Shown here piece by piece: positions 17,874-28,513 of a stretch of 64,000 nt of DNA. The first letter of the stretch is position 1. Every line of letters begins with the position of its first letter. Under the pieces are notes generated by a model. The model did not search any database and had not been told where the DNA came from. It saw only the letters and a program-made list of their open reading frames with translations. The stretch covers positions 52,286 through 116,285 of the forward strand of contig DYKF01000001.1 in NCBI GenBank assembly GCA_020722745.1, written 5' to 3'. The DNA comes from Caldithrix sp. GTDB lineage: Bacteria > Spirochaetota > Leptospiria > Turneriellales > Turneriellaceae. The translations under genes and the position numbers were made by a program.

Positions 17874-18825
17874 GAATCATCTGGAGCGAGCCGAGAGCAA
17901 TGCGAAGAGTCTCGAGATCTTTCTCGTTGGGAACCATGGCTTTGCCGCCCTGGATGGTATCGTAAAAATGAGAATGTTCGCTTTTTAATGGATTGTCTTT
18001 GTGGATGTACACTTTCTCCATGAAGGACTCCTGCGAATATTTTATTTCATCTGGAGTCAGCAGCGTTACGCTGGAAGCCTGTCTGTGAATTTCAATATCC
18101 TGGTTGGCGTAGTTCAGATACACAAAGCTTTTATCTTCCATAATGGAAAGAGAGCGCTCTTTGTACTGGCTTATTCTTGATGCCGTGATAGTTGCAATTG
18201 TTCCGTTTTCGAATTGCAGATCAATGACCGCTACATCCTCGTTTTCTGTAATTACTTTGGAACCCACTGCGTTATAACTTTTTACACGCGAATCGACTAG
18301 ATTGAGAAGAATGTCGAGATCATGAATCATGAGATCGAGAACTACCCCTACATCGGTAATGCGATTATTGACCGGGGTGAGACGGCGTGCCTGGATAAGC
18401 CGTGGCTCCTTGACTATTTTAGAAAGTTCCATGACCGCTCCGTTAAAGCGCTCCACATGGCCTACCTGAAGAATCAGGTTTTTTTCGCGGGCAATGCGAA
18501 TGAGCTCGTCTGCCTGTTCCAGAGTCTCTGTAACAGGTTTTTCTACGAGAACATGTCTGCCGGCTTCGAGTGCAATTTTAGTGTACTTATAGTGCAGATG
18601 CGTTGGAACGGCAATAGTAACGGCATCACTCTTTTCAATGACGTCTTCTGCTGTTGCATACGCCGGCACATTGAATTTTGCCGATAATTCTTTTGCGCGG
18701 GATTCGCTGGCATCGTACAGTCCGCTGATTTCGTGTGTTGCCGAAAGTTGCGTAACCACATTCACATGGTACTGGCCCATGTGACCCACGCCAATAAATC
18801 CCATTTTCATTTTTGCTTTGCTCAT
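17857..18825 (-). CDS. Gfo/Idh/MocA family NAD(P)-dependent oxidoreductase
   Basis: 322 aa. N-terminal Rossmann MKMGFIGVGHMGQYH and EKP motif (LVEKPV). Starts 16 nt after the dnaJ stop. Confidence 0.85.
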   Translation of the reverse strand: MSKAKMKMGFIGVGHMGQYHVNVVTQLSATHEISGLYDASESRAKELSAKFNVPAYATAEDVIEKSDAVTIAVPTHLHYKYTKIALEAGRHVLVEKPVTETLEQADELIRIAREKNLILQVGHVERFNGAVMELSKIVKEPRLIQARRLTPVNNRITDVGVVLDLMIHDLDILLNLVDSRVKSYNAVGSKVITENEDVAVIDLQFENGTIATITASRISQYKERSLSIMEDKSFVYLNYANQDIEIHRQASSVTLLTPDEIKYSQESFMEKVYIHKDNPLKSEHSHFYDTIQGGKAMVPNEKDLETLRIALGSLQMIHDSWK

Positions 18826-18841
18826 ATATATTTCCCGAAAA

Positions 18842-19927
18842 TTACAGCTCTTTTGCTAAGTCCTGAACCAGTTGTTTTGCCTTGCCCGACAAATGTTTAG
18901 GGATACTGACTTCTGCGGAAACAATCATATCGCCATATCGGTCCGAGGAGCCCATGTAAGGCAATCCTTTGCCCTTTAAGCGGAACAACGTTCCCGGTTG
19001 CGTTCCGGCAGGAATTTTAAGTTTAACAGAACTGCTGTCAATACCTTTTACGAGTATTTCTCCGCCAAGGATTGCTGTTGTCACGGGTAGGGATACCTGT
19101 GCCCCAAGATCTACTCCTTCTCGCTCAAAATCAGGATGCTTTTTTACCTGGACGACTACATAGAGATCCCCTGGAGGTCCACCATTAGGACCTGCTTCCC
19201 CTTCTCCCGAAACGCGCAAGCGGGTTCCGCTGTCTATCCCAGCGGGGATACGAATATTGAGCGTATGTTTTTTGGATACCAGGCCGGAACCATGGCAGGT
19301 GCGACATTTATTGCGAATAATTTTTCCTGTCCCATTGCAATTATTACAGGGGCTGGCAATCGAAAAAAAGCCAGAAGAGCGACGTACCTGTCCGGTTCCA
19401 TGACATACAGGGCAGACTTCGGTTTTACCATCCGAAGATCCCGTGCCATGACAATCCGGACAATGCTCTTCACGTGGTATTTTTATCGTAACCTCTTTTC
19501 CGTGGTATACGTCTTCCAGACTTATCTCAAGATTATAGCGGAGATCTGTCCCCTTGCGGGCACCCGATCGCCCTCCGCTGAATCCAAAACCACCTGAACC
19601 TGAAAACAGATTTTCAAAAATTTCTTCAAAACTGCTTCCAGAAAAAATATCGGAAAAATCAGAATAGGCACCCTGCCCAAATCCAGAGGAACCAGCTCCA
19701 GACAGTCCGGCATGGCCATACTGATCGTAAATTTTGCGTTTATTTTCATCCCGGAGTACTTCGTAAGCCTCTGTTGCTTCTTTGAACATGGCTTCTGCTT
19801 CCGGATTATCTTTATTTTTATCTGGATGGTATTTGAGGGCAAGCTTTCTGTATGCCTTTTTTATGTCATCTAAGGAACTGGATTTTGCAACCCCCAGTAT
19901 TTCATAGTAATCCCGTTTTTCTGCCAC
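18842..19927 (-). CDS. dnaJ: Molecular chaperone DnaJ
   Basis: 361 aa. J domain DYYEILGV...KYHPDKN, G/F region, four CxxCxGxG zinc motifs. Confidence 0.97.
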   Translation of the reverse strand: MAEKRDYYEILGVAKSSSLDDIKKAYRKLALKYHPDKNKDNPEAEAMFKEATEAYEVLRDENKRKIYDQYGHAGLSGAGSSGFGQGAYSDFSDIFSGSSFEEIFENLFSGSGGFGFSGGRSGARKGTDLRYNLEISLEDVYHGKEVTIKIPREEHCPDCHGTGSSDGKTEVCPVCHGTGQVRRSSGFFSIASPCNNCNGTGKIIRNKCRTCHGSGLVSKKHTLNIRIPAGIDSGTRLRVSGEGEAGPNGGPPGDLYVVVQVKKHPDFEREGVDLGAQVSLPVTTAILGGEILVKGIDSSSVKLKIPAGTQPGTLFRLKGKGLPYMGSSDRYGDMIVSAEVSIPKHLSGKAKQLVQDLAKEL

Positions 19928-19945
19928 AATACACTCCGCTCATTT

Positions 19946-19965
19946 GGGGCCGGAAACCCGGCCCC
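19946..19965 (-). other. GC-rich hairpin in the dnaK-dnaJ intergenic spacer
   Basis: GGGGCCGG-aaa-CCCGGCCCC. On the transcribed (minus) strand it is not followed by a U-run, so it is probably a processing/stability or partial attenuation hairpin rather than a full terminator. Confidence 0.5.
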
Positions 19966-19971
19966 AAAAAA

Positions 19972-21873
19972 TTATTTATCCTCTTTTACTTCCTCAAAGT
20001 CAGCGTCCACTACCTTTTCATCGGGCTGTTTCTGCTCTTTTTGGGGTTCGGAAGATTCCTGCTGCGGAGCGGACTGCGTAAACATGCTCTGGTACTTTGT
20101 AATCAGAGCCTCTATCCGGGATTTAGCTGTCTTCATCTTTTCAATATCGCGCGTTGCAAGGTCAGATTTTGAATTTGCAATCTCGGTATTGATCTCCGAT
20201 TTAATGTTTTCCGGAAGCGATGCACCACTGTCTGTCATCTGCTTTTCGAGATGATAGATAGTATTGTCTAAATCGTTGTACAGGGATGCCACTTCTTTGT
20301 TCTTGCGATCTTCTTCTGCGTGGAGTTCTGCATCTTTCACCATTTTTTCAATGTCGCTGTCAGACAGTCCACTGGAAGCTTCGATTTTAATTTTCTGTTC
20401 TTTCCTAGTTTTAAGATCTTTAGCCGATACGTGAACGATTCCGTTTGCGTCGATATCAAACGTTACTTCAATTTGGGGTGTACCGCGCGGAGCTGGAGGA
20501 ATTTCTGATAATTGAAAGCGTCCTAGTGTTCGGTTATCTTTCGCCATTTCCCTTTCGCCCTGGAGGACGTGAATTTCTACAGCTGGCTGGTTGTCCGCCG
20601 CTGTAGAAAACACCTCTGATTTTTTCGTTGGGATAGTGGTATTACGGTGAATAATTTTTGTCATGACACCGCCAAGTGTTTCAATACCAAGAGAAAGAGG
20701 AGTAACATCGAGCAGCAGTACGTCGGTTACATCTCCCGCAAGAACACCACCCTGAACGCCAGCTCCAATGGCCACTGCCTCATCCGGATTCACGCTTTTA
20801 TCTGGTTCCTTGCCAAAAATTTCTTTGACCTTATCACGGACTGCTGGAATGCGCGTTGAACCACCAACCAGAATTACTTTGCTGATATCGGAAGCAGAAA
20901 GACCTGCGTCGGAAAGAGCTTTTCGGCATGGTTCCACGGTTCTCTCAACGAGTGCAGCTGTGAGCTGATTAAATTTGGCACGCGTGATCGTTTTGGTGAG
21001 GTGGCGCGGGCCAGATGCATCCATGGTAATAAACGGAATATTGATATCCGCTGTTTCTTTGGAAGAAAGTTCGATTTTAGCTTTCTCAGATGCTTCAATC
21101 AGGCGCTGTAATGCCATTTTATCGTTACTAAGATCAATGGCTGTCTCCTGACGGAATTCAGTAATGAGCCATTCAATAATCGCCTGATCAAAGTCATCTC
21201 CGCCAAGGTGTGTGTCTCCGTTGGTCGATTTTACTTCGAAGACGTTTTCGGCAAGCTCCAGTACAGAAATATCAAATGTACCACCACCAAGGTCGTATAC
21301 GGCAATCATCTCGCCATCTTTGTCCTTGTCGAGTCCATAAGCAAGAGCGGCTGCCGTTGGTTCGTTAATGATACGGACGACATCGAGCCCGGCAATTTTT
21401 CCTGCATCTTTTGTAGCCTGTCTCTGTTCGTCATTAAAATAGGCAGGAACCGTAATAACCGCTTTTTGCACCGTTTCGCCGAGATAGTCTTCTGCTGTTT
21501 GTTTCATTTTCATGAGAACGCGGGCAGAAATTTCTTCGGGGCGATAGCCTTTGTCCCTGGTTTGGATGAGAACGCTGCTGTTTGGTCCTTCTTTTATTGT
21601 ATAGGGAACATGTCTTTTTTCGGTGGTAATTTCGTTGAAGCGACGCCCAATAAAACGTTTTGCTGAACGAATTGTATTCTCTGGATTTGTCACCATCTGG
21701 TTTTTGGCTACCTGGCCAACGAGCACATCCCCTTTGTCCGTAAACGCCACGACAGACGGCGTTGTGCGGGCACCCTCTGTATTAGCTATGACAACGGGAA
21801 CACCACCTTCCATGACAGCTACGCAGGAATTGGTAGTTCCCAAATCGATTCCAATAATTTTTTCCTTACTCAT
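19972..21873 (-). CDS. dnaK: Molecular chaperone DnaK (Hsp70)
   Basis: 633 aa. [23 protein letters not shown] and [11 protein letters not shown] signatures. Confidence 0.99.
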   Translation of the reverse strand: MSKEKIIGIDLGTTNSCVAVMEGGVPVVIANTEGARTTPSVVAFTDKGDVLVGQVAKNQMVTNPENTIRSAKRFIGRRFNEITTEKRHVPYTIKEGPNSSVLIQTRDKGYRPEEISARVLMKMKQTAEDYLGETVQKAVITVPAYFNDEQRQATKDAGKIAGLDVVRIINEPTAAALAYGLDKDKDGEMIAVYDLGGGTFDISVLELAENVFEVKSTNGDTHLGGDDFDQAIIEWLITEFRQETAIDLSNDKMALQRLIEASEKAKIELSSKETADINIPFITMDASGPRHLTKTITRAKFNQLTAALVERTVEPCRKALSDAGLSASDISKVILVGGSTRIPAVRDKVKEIFGKEPDKSVNPDEAVAIGAGVQGGVLAGDVTDVLLLDVTPLSLGIETLGGVMTKIIHRNTTIPTKKSEVFSTAADNQPAVEIHVLQGEREMAKDNRTLGRFQLSEIPPAPRGTPQIEVTFDIDANGIVHVSAKDLKTRKEQKIKIEASSGLSDSDIEKMVKDAELHAEEDRKNKEVASLYNDLDNTIYHLEKQMTDSGASLPENIKSEINTEIANSKSDLATRDIEKMKTAKSRIEALITKYQSMFTQSAPQQESSEPQKEQKQPDEKVVDADFEEVKEDK

Positions 21874-22453
21874 TTTCTTCTCCTGTTGTTGCTAAAATTG
21901 CCGGTTTTGTTACAGAAACGCGGGCAGGGCGAATCACCTGATCACCGATTCTATAACCTTTCTGAAACACCTGCGATACAACTTCGGCAGTAGCTGTTTC
22001 GCTTTCCGTAATACTGATGGCTTCCATAAAAGAAGGATTAAATTCCTCGCCATCGGGAGAAATTTCCTCTACGCCTCTCTGCGAAAAAACACTCCAGAGT
22101 TGTCTCTGGATAAGGGCTGCCCCTTCGAGGAACGGTTTCAGGACGGGATCGTCCTGTTTCGTTTTGTCCTGAATTCCTATTTGATCAAAAGAGTCAAATA
22201 CGGGAAGAAGATCTGACAGCACCTGCTGGGCAGCTATAGTGCGGATCATGTCTTTTTCGGTTTGAGTTCTCTTGCGGTAATTCATAAATTCAGCTCTTTC
22301 ACGCTGCAGTGCTGATTTAATTTCTTCGAGTTCTTTTTGCACTGCGGATAGTTCCGCTTCCAGCGAATCTGAGTTTTCAGCTCCAGCAGGTAATTCTTCT
22401 GCCGTTTCCTGGATCGGTACTTCCTGTTCTTCTAATTCTTTTTCATCACTCAT
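21866..22453 (-). CDS. grpE: Nucleotide exchange factor GrpE
   Basis: 195 aa. Acidic N-terminus, [12 protein letters not shown] motif, C-terminal [14 protein letters not shown]. Confidence 0.95.
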   Translation of the reverse strand: MSDEKELEEQEVPIQETAEELPAGAENSDSLEAELSAVQKELEEIKSALQRERAEFMNYRKRTQTEKDMIRTIAAQQVLSDLLPVFDSFDQIGIQDKTKQDDPVLKPFLEGAALIQRQLWSVFSQRGVEEISPDGEEFNPSFMEAISITESETATAEVVSQVFQKGYRIGDQVIRPARVSVTKPAILATTGEENE

Positions 22454-22465
22454 TGTTTACCTCTT

Positions 22466-23545
22466 TTACTGATATTTCTCTGGCAGTGGAATTTCCCCTT
22501 TTTCTGCTATATTTTCAAGATTGGATAAAATTTCAGACAGCATTCTTGCTCCGTGATCGAGTGCAGGAATAATGAGATCATACTGCAAACGGGTCATTCC
22601 GAGTACGGCAACACTCCCACCTGGTTTTCCACCTACGGTATATCCCTGGCTCAACAGCGCAAGACCCGGAAAAAAATCGGTGTCTGTTTGCACTCCTACT
22701 TCCATGTTTAAACTGCGGGAACCGGAAATGGTTTGGAGTTTTTCGCGGAAGGAATTTTTTTTAGTCCATTGAAGTAACTTTTGTCCAGATTGTTCTCCCT
22801 GAGTCTGAGAAACCTGGCGATACAGTTCGTCGGAACCATCCATGTACAATTTGGGAACCGGAGTGTGGTAAATGAGCTCCTGCAAAAGAAAAAAAGCCGT
22901 GTCGAGGAGATCACCTAGATCATTGGTCTGATCCATGGAAGTCAAACCCTTCTGCCGGATTTCATCCGGTTCAAAGCCTTGCAGATTTTTGGTCAAAAAA
23001 CGGGATATTTTATACAAATCGTCCTGAGACAAAACCCTCGGTACGGTTACCCGTTTTTGAAAGATATTGCCCCCTTCTGCAACCATGATTATCAAAACAC
23101 TGTTTTCCAGCACAGACACGAGTTCTATGCGCTTAATCGTGCTGCCTTCCGGAGCAGGTGGCAGGACAATACCCATAGACTGGGATTTTATTGCCAGCAT
23201 GGACGATAAATCCTGCATTAGCTGGTCTATCTGTAATCGTGCGCTTTTGTAAAATTCATCGAGCTCTAAATGAGAATGATAATCTGCTTCGTAATGATCG
23301 GACAGATAACGAATATAATAGCGAAAGGCTTCATCGGTAGGAATCCTGCCAGAAGAAGTGTGCGGACTTTCTAAATACCCCATTTGCTCAAGAACCGACA
23401 TTTCCTTTCTAACAGTAGCAGAAGAAATATCGAGTGCAAAAGTTTCCACGAGAACAGCCGAACCAACAGGATCCCCAGTGTGGCAATACGCGCTAACAAT
23501 GGAACGAATGATGTCGCCCTGTCTTCCTGTTATTTGTTCTTTCAT
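22466..23545 (-). CDS. hrcA: Heat-inducible transcriptional repressor HrcA
   Basis: 359 aa. N-terminal wHTH (RQGDIIRSIVSAYCHTGDPVGS...SSATVRKEMSVLEQMGYLESPHTSSGRIPT). First gene of the hrcA-grpE-dnaK-dnaJ operon, preceded by CIRCE. Confidence 0.95.
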   Translation of the reverse strand: MKEQITGRQGDIIRSIVSAYCHTGDPVGSAVLVETFALDISSATVRKEMSVLEQMGYLESPHTSSGRIPTDEAFRYYIRYLSDHYEADYHSHLELDEFYKSARLQIDQLMQDLSSMLAIKSQSMGIVLPPAPEGSTIKRIELVSVLENSVLIIMVAEGGNIFQKRVTVPRVLSQDDLYKISRFLTKNLQGFEPDEIRQKGLTSMDQTNDLGDLLDTAFFLLQELIYHTPVPKLYMDGSDELYRQVSQTQGEQSGQKLLQWTKKNSFREKLQTISGSRSLNMEVGVQTDTDFFPGLALLSQGYTVGGKPGGSVAVLGMTRLQYDLIIPALDHGARMLSEILSNLENIAEKGEIPLPEKYQ

Positions 23546-23552
23546 AGCCTTA

Positions 23553-23583
23553 CTGATAGCACTCTTGTTCTGCGAGTGCTATC
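23553..23583 (-). promoter_or_regulatory. CIRCE operator (HrcA binding site)
   Basis: TGATAGCACTC-ttgttctgc-GAGTGCTATCA: a 9-nt spacer inverted repeat matching the consensus TTAGCACTC-N9-GAGTGCTAA, 8 nt upstream of the hrcA ATG. Confidence 0.9.
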
Positions 23584-23588
23584 AAACA

Positions 23589-23617
23589 CAACATAATCAT
23601 GCGGAGTTAGCCTGTCA
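23589..23617 (-). promoter_or_regulatory. Putative sigma-70 promoter of the hrcA operon
   Basis: On the minus strand: TTGACA (23617-23612), 17-nt spacer, TATGTT (23594-23589), immediately upstream of CIRCE. Confidence 0.6.
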
Positions 23618-23674
23618 AATTTTTTTGCATATTCCTGCGCGATTACGCTTGTCCTGACAAAAAAAGAGCGAGTT

Positions 23675-24280
23675 ATGACACATATGCGCTTCTCCATCTT
23701 TTTGTTTATCAAGCTTTCTCTTGTTTCCACCCATGCAATCCAGTATCCTGTCTCTCCCGGCGATCCAGAAGACTCTTTCCGAGAAAAAGAAACGGCTTCC
23801 TCTAATCAAAACAGCGAAGAGAATTTCTCTTCTATGACGATTCGCGTTACTTTTGCCAGCGGAGATGAATTGTCCGGTACGGCAAGAATGCCCTCTTCCG
23901 TCATTTTCTATCATTACCGCAAAGGACTCTCCTACAAAAAGCAGCTTCAGATTTCGGAAATCAAAAGTATTAAGGTGATCTCCTGGAACGGACGAATCAT
24001 TTCCGAGCGGGATCCTTTGGCTAAAGTGTATGAATTTCATCCCAACGATGTGCTGATACAGACGCGGGATGGCAAAGAATACAGAACGGGAGCAATTTTC
24101 CCTTTTTTACGAAAAGTCCCTCTTTCTACGGATGATGGAGACACAGTCGTATTTTCGTACTTTGCAGACAGCTATTCCGAAAAAAACGGCTGGCGGGATG
24201 TCTCCAGCAAAGATCCGGATTATCACCAGAGTAATCCGCACCCACTCACCGTTATTCGCTTTGATCTCGATGCGGATTGA
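23675..24280 (+). CDS. Hypothetical secreted protein
   Basis: 201 aa. N-terminal signal-like MTHMRFSIFLFIKLSLVSTHA. No motif recognised. Divergent from hrcA. Confidence 0.6.
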   Translation: MTHMRFSIFLFIKLSLVSTHAIQYPVSPGDPEDSFREKETASSNQNSEENFSSMTIRVTFASGDELSGTARMPSSVIFYHYRKGLSYKKQLQISEIKSIKVISWNGRIISERDPLAKVYEFHPNDVLIQTRDGKEYRTGAIFPFLRKVPLSTDDGDTVVFSYFADSYSEKNGWRDVSSKDPDYHQSNPHPLTVIRFDLDAD

Positions 24281-24292
24281 TGCGCTCAGAAA

Positions 24293-25336
24293 TTACAGTT
24301 TGGCGGACCGAAATACTTTGTCGCTACCGTCGTGAAAAATGGCCTCAATATTCTCAGCCGGGGTCACGTCAAAACTGTAATTGAGAACAGGAACATCGGG
24401 GGCGACTTTTTTGCCCTGAATTTCTAGCACCTCATAGGCAGGTCTTTCCTCTATGGGAATGCTGTCGCCATGCTCCATCTCTCTATCAAACGTCGATTCC
24501 GGCGCGGCTACATAGAAGGGAATGCCGTGCTCTTTGGCGAGTACCGAAAGAGGGAACGTACCAATTTTATTGGCAACGTCCCCGCGCTTTGTGATTCTAT
24601 CTGCACCCGTAATAACGAGATCGACTTTTCCCTGCTTCATGAGAAAACCTGCCATGGAATCTGCAATGAGGTACATGGGGATTTTTTCTACTTTGAGCTC
24701 ATAGGCCGTAAGGCGGGCTCCCTGGAGATACGGCCTCGTTTCGTCCGCATAAATAACTTCTACGAGTCCTCTCTGGTGGAGAATGCGAATCACGCCTAAC
24801 GCTGTGCCTATTCCGCCCGTCGCGAGTGCTCCCGTATTGCAATGCGTCAGAATACGTAATTTTTTCCCGGGCCATTTGGAGGCAATATAATCGGCACCCG
24901 CGTGCGACATACGCGAACAGGATTCTTCGTCTTCCCGGTGGATGGCGGCCGCTTCCAAAAACAGAGTTTCTTTGATGGCTCCCATATCTGCTTTTTCGGC
25001 GAGAAGTTTTGTGAAGATTTGTTCCATTCGCGTGGTTGCCCACATCAGATTTACAGCCGTAGGACGGGCAGAATCGAGATACTCTTTGAGAGCGGTTACT
25101 TCATCCAGCTTTGGAGAAAAGTTTTTTTTCATTAGTTTAAGAGCTCCAAAGACATATCCGTAGGCAGCGACTATCCCTATGGCGGGAGCCCCGCGAACAT
25201 GCATTTCCCTGATAGATACAAACACATCTTTCATGGATTTACAGGAAACCCAATCTACCGTATGCGGAAGCAGGCGCTGGTTGAGTATTTCTATACTCTT
25301 TTTCTTTATCCGAAAAGGAACAATCGCTGGTATCAC
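24293..25336 (-). CDS. mtnA: S-methyl-5-thioribose-1-phosphate isomerase
   Basis: 347 aa. eIF-2B alpha/beta/delta-like: LNQRLLP...VRGAPAIGIVAAYG, NTGALAT, GADRI motifs. Confidence 0.9.
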   Translation of the reverse strand: MIPAIVPFRIKKKSIEILNQRLLPHTVDWVSCKSMKDVFVSIREMHVRGAPAIGIVAAYGYVFGALKLMKKNFSPKLDEVTALKEYLDSARPTAVNLMWATTRMEQIFTKLLAEKADMGAIKETLFLEAAAIHREDEESCSRMSHAGADYIASKWPGKKLRILTHCNTGALATGGIGTALGVIRILHQRGLVEVIYADETRPYLQGARLTAYELKVEKIPMYLIADSMAGFLMKQGKVDLVITGADRITKRGDVANKIGTFPLSVLAKEHGIPFYVAAPESTFDREMEHGDSIPIEERPAYEVLEIQGKKVAPDVPVLNYSFDVTPAENIEAIFHDGSDKVFRSAKL

Positions 25337-26856
25337 GGATTCTCCTGAGGCCGCAAAAGCGGAAATAAAATCACGTCTTTAATAGAAGGGCTGTTTGTAA
25401 ACAGCATGACCATTCTGTCTATTCCCAGGCCAAGTCCCCCGGTTGGCGGCATGCCAACGCGGAGAGCCTCAATAAAGTCTGCATCGAGAGGAATGGTTTC
25501 TGCAGCGCCCGCTTTTTCCTGCGCGAGCTGCTCTTCAAAACGGCGAAGCTGCTCGTCTGGATCATTGAGCTCGCTGAATGCATTACCCATTTCACGACCC
25601 GTTACATAGGGTTCAAAGCGTTCAGCAAACAGCGGTTCTTTCTCATCGGTTTTTGCCAGCGGAGAAATTGCTTTGGGAAAATGAGTGATGAACACGGGTT
25701 CGATGAGTGTTGGCTCCACTTTCTGGGAAAAAATCTCGTCGACAACTTCCCAGAACGTATTGGCTTTCGATACATCTACGCCCGCTTTTTTAGCTAGATC
25801 TTTTGCAGTGTCTACAGAGGGGTTTTCCTCGGATAGAAAAGGCGTAAAATCTATCCCGGATTTATCGCGTATGGAATCGAGGTAGCGAACGCGCGGCCAT
25901 GGACCCTCCACCGAAATGGCGTGATCCCCATACATAAACTGGCGACATCCAAAGATCATGTCTGCAATGCGGGCAAAAATATTCTCCACGTGTACCATCA
26001 TCGTTTCAAAATCTGCGTAAGCCTGGTAGGCTTCCAGCATGGTAAACTCTGGATTATGGCGGGGAGAAATTCCTTCGTTGCGAAAATTCCTGTTGAGTTC
26101 AAATACTCTTTCATAACCGCCAACGACAAGCCTCTTTAGATAGAGTTCAGGTGCAATGCGGAGAAAGAGATCTATGTCGAGAGTATTGTGGTGCGTCTTG
26201 AAAGGACGGGCAGCAGCACCGGAAGCAATGGCCTGCATCATCGGAGTTTCCACTTCCATAAAACCCTGCTCATGGAAATAATTGCGAATTTCACGGACGA
26301 TGAGAGAACGAGCCCGGAAATCCTGTTTCACGGACGGGTTCACAATAAGATCGAGATAGCGTTTTCTGTAGCGGGTTTCAATGTCGGCAAAGGCGTCGAA
26401 AACCTGCCCTTCCTTTTCTTTTACGACGGGGATAGGAGAAAGTCCCTTGCTGAGAAGAGAGAGTGATCTTGCGCGTATTGTTTTTTCACCAGTTTTCGTG
26501 AGAAAAGCCTCGCCAGCAATTCCAATAATATCGCCAATGTCGAGAAGGCCAAGAACAGCGTATTCCTGCTCGTTTAGCGTTTTATTGTTCGCGTATACCT
26601 GAATTTTACCAGAGTCGTCTGAAATTTCCAGAAAGACGGCTGCACCCATAGTTCTACGACCTAAGATGCGGCCTGCGGTGCGAAGCGCATCGGCAGATGG
26701 CTCTGCTCCGGCAAACCAGTCGGTTAAAATCTGGCCGATGGTTTGACTTCTATCAAAACGGGCTGGCCAAGGATTAATTCCCAGATCAATCAGGGAAGAC
26801 AATTTGTCGCGCCGGCTTATACCAGATTCTTTTTCTTCCTGCTGGACATCACTCAT
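25333..26856 (-). CDS. lysS: Lysine--tRNA ligase (class II)
   Basis: 507 aa. OB-fold N-domain, class II motifs (FMEVETPMM, YLRIAPELYLKRL, FRNEGIS, GLGLGIDRMVMLFT). 4-nt overlap with mtnA. Confidence 0.97.
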   Translation of the reverse strand: MSDVQQEEKESGISRRDKLSSLIDLGINPWPARFDRSQTIGQILTDWFAGAEPSADALRTAGRILGRRTMGAAVFLEISDDSGKIQVYANNKTLNEQEYAVLGLLDIGDIIGIAGEAFLTKTGEKTIRARSLSLLSKGLSPIPVVKEKEGQVFDAFADIETRYRKRYLDLIVNPSVKQDFRARSLIVREIRNYFHEQGFMEVETPMMQAIASGAAARPFKTHHNTLDIDLFLRIAPELYLKRLVVGGYERVFELNRNFRNEGISPRHNPEFTMLEAYQAYADFETMMVHVENIFARIADMIFGCRQFMYGDHAISVEGPWPRVRYLDSIRDKSGIDFTPFLSEENPSVDTAKDLAKKAGVDVSKANTFWEVVDEIFSQKVEPTLIEPVFITHFPKAISPLAKTDEKEPLFAERFEPYVTGREMGNAFSELNDPDEQLRRFEEQLAQEKAGAAETIPLDADFIEALRVGMPPTGGLGLGIDRMVMLFTNSPSIKDVILFPLLRPQENP

Positions 26857-27052
26857 GCGCTATTCTGCGTTTTTGGAACAGAGTGTAAAGAAGAAAGAAG
26901 GTGGCGCTACCCGCGCAGGGATTCACGAAAGAATATTTGTCCGCCCAAAAAAATACTGGCAGGATTTTTCTCTGGCAGAATGTTTTAACCCTCTGGCAGG
27001 AAAGAACCCCGCGCGCAAGCGCCATCCGTTTCACAAGGAAGGGCTCCCTCAA

Positions 27053-28306
27053 TTACGGGGAAGTGATTAGTTTGCCAGACAAATTTCCCGTTACTTCGGC
27101 TCTTCTTTCCCTTGGCCATGCTTTTATTTTGCGAGAGCGAAGAATACTCTCTCCCCGCTGTATGGATGGGGAGCCCGTAAATTCAATGGGATTTTCTGGA
27201 ATCATCACAGCCTTTTGCGCACGAACGCGTACATCGACGCCATCGTCCGACCAGTTCATTTCTGTATTTCCCGTCACGATGGAACTACCATCTGTAAGCT
27301 GTCGCAAAATGCGCTCTCCTTCCATGGACACAGGTCCCTGTTCGGATGCGTACACAATATTTGCCCTGTTAGAACTCCCTGCATGCAGAACAAGCAAACC
27401 GGCAGCGCGATCTAAATCGAGAGAAGCAGAGCTACCCGTATAACCTTCTTTCGTGTCGCGAAACTGGATGTTTCCAAACGCCTTCATGGTATCCCGCTTT
27501 TCTCCTATAACAGTGCCTTCATCAAATTCGAGTTCCAGAGAACCCTGGTACAGGCGGGGTCTTATAGCGGGAGTATGATAGACGGAGATGATATCTTCGC
27601 GGGAATCCTGCTTTTTCTGGTACACCGCCCGGGGTGCATATACGATTGTGTTACCTTCCTTGTTAGAAATCATAATTTCGACGTTTTTTTCGAGAGTAAG
27701 AATTTCGTCCTTTTGTCTGTACTGTGCCGTATCCGCTTTGGCATAGTTTGCTTCGGAAAATGCTACAATCTCTCCCGTAAGATTAAACTCGGAATTGAAT
27801 TCGTTATACTGCAGCTCGCGGCAACGCAAATCCATTTTGTTGCCAGTTACATGCACAGAATTGCGGGCAATCGACTCCCTGGTTGTAGTATTTCTCTCCA
27901 GAATTTCTGCCGTCACAACAACCTGTTTTTTGTCCCTGGTGGTATGAACAAGCCTGGGCTTTTCGGAAGCCCGCAATGTTGTCGTAGCGCGCGTATAGAT
28001 GAGTTTCCCTGCTTCAAGATATACACCATTGCGCGGATCCAGAAATCGAACCTTTCCTCTGGCCTCGGCAATATCTCCTTTTTCGCCCCGTATAAGAATG
28101 GAAGCTGCACGGATCTGGCTGTTTCCGTGGAGAACCCGGGCGTTACCCTGCAGAAGCATCTGCACCTCTTTGCCCTGCACGCGTCGAACGAGTCTATCGG
28201 CAGAATAGCGAAGTGGCTGTGCCGGGAGCGATTGCGAGGCAGCATCGCTCCACGGGAGAATCAGCAATAGGGGAATTATCTTTTTATACAGATGAATACG
28301 GTTCAT
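27053..28306 (-). CDS. OstA/LptA-like repeat periplasmic protein
   Basis: ORF track gives 27053..28435. ATG at 28306 (MNRIHLYKKIIPLLLILPWSDAASQ) provides a signal peptide. Repeated OstA_N-like beta-jellyroll segments (LLQGNARVLHGNSQIRAASILIRGEKGDIAEARGKVRF...). Confidence 0.55.
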   Translation of the reverse strand: MNRIHLYKKIIPLLLILPWSDAASQSLPAQPLRYSADRLVRRVQGKEVQMLLQGNARVLHGNSQIRAASILIRGEKGDIAEARGKVRFLDPRNGVYLEAGKLIYTRATTTLRASEKPRLVHTTRDKKQVVVTAEILERNTTTRESIARNSVHVTGNKMDLRCRELQYNEFNSEFNLTGEIVAFSEANYAKADTAQYRQKDEILTLEKNVEIMISNKEGNTIVYAPRAVYQKKQDSREDIISVYHTPAIRPRLYQGSLELEFDEGTVIGEKRDTMKAFGNIQFRDTKEGYTGSSASLDLDRAAGLLVLHAGSSNRANIVYASEQGPVSMEGERILRQLTDGSSIVTGNTEMNWSDDGVDVRVRAQKAVMIPENPIEFTGSPSIQRGESILRSRKIKAWPRERRAEVTGNLSGKLITSP

Positions 28307-28513
28307 GGAAGTCAAAAATAGATACCTGTTAAAAAAAATATAGAACTTTTTTACTGTGTACTGCAAATACATATTATGAACGGCGATGAACTGGAACATT
28401 CTATCGGTATGCTTGCACAAATTAACCGTCTGCATGCAGGAAACGAGCTCCTGCTTCGCAAGGCCTTTGTTAAGCTTGCTGGCGGTTACAAAAACAGGGA
28501 GCGCTCCGTAAAA

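Noticed and set aside
26956-26999. TGGCA-containing repeats as sigma-54 -24/-12 promoters
   Set aside because: No TTGC -12 element lies at the required 4-5-nt spacing. On the plus strand they would drive antisense transcription into a minus-strand gene.
27575-28270. 231-aa plus-strand ORF
   Set aside because: It is antisense to the OstA-like gene, Cys/Phe/Arg-rich, and has no signal or motif.
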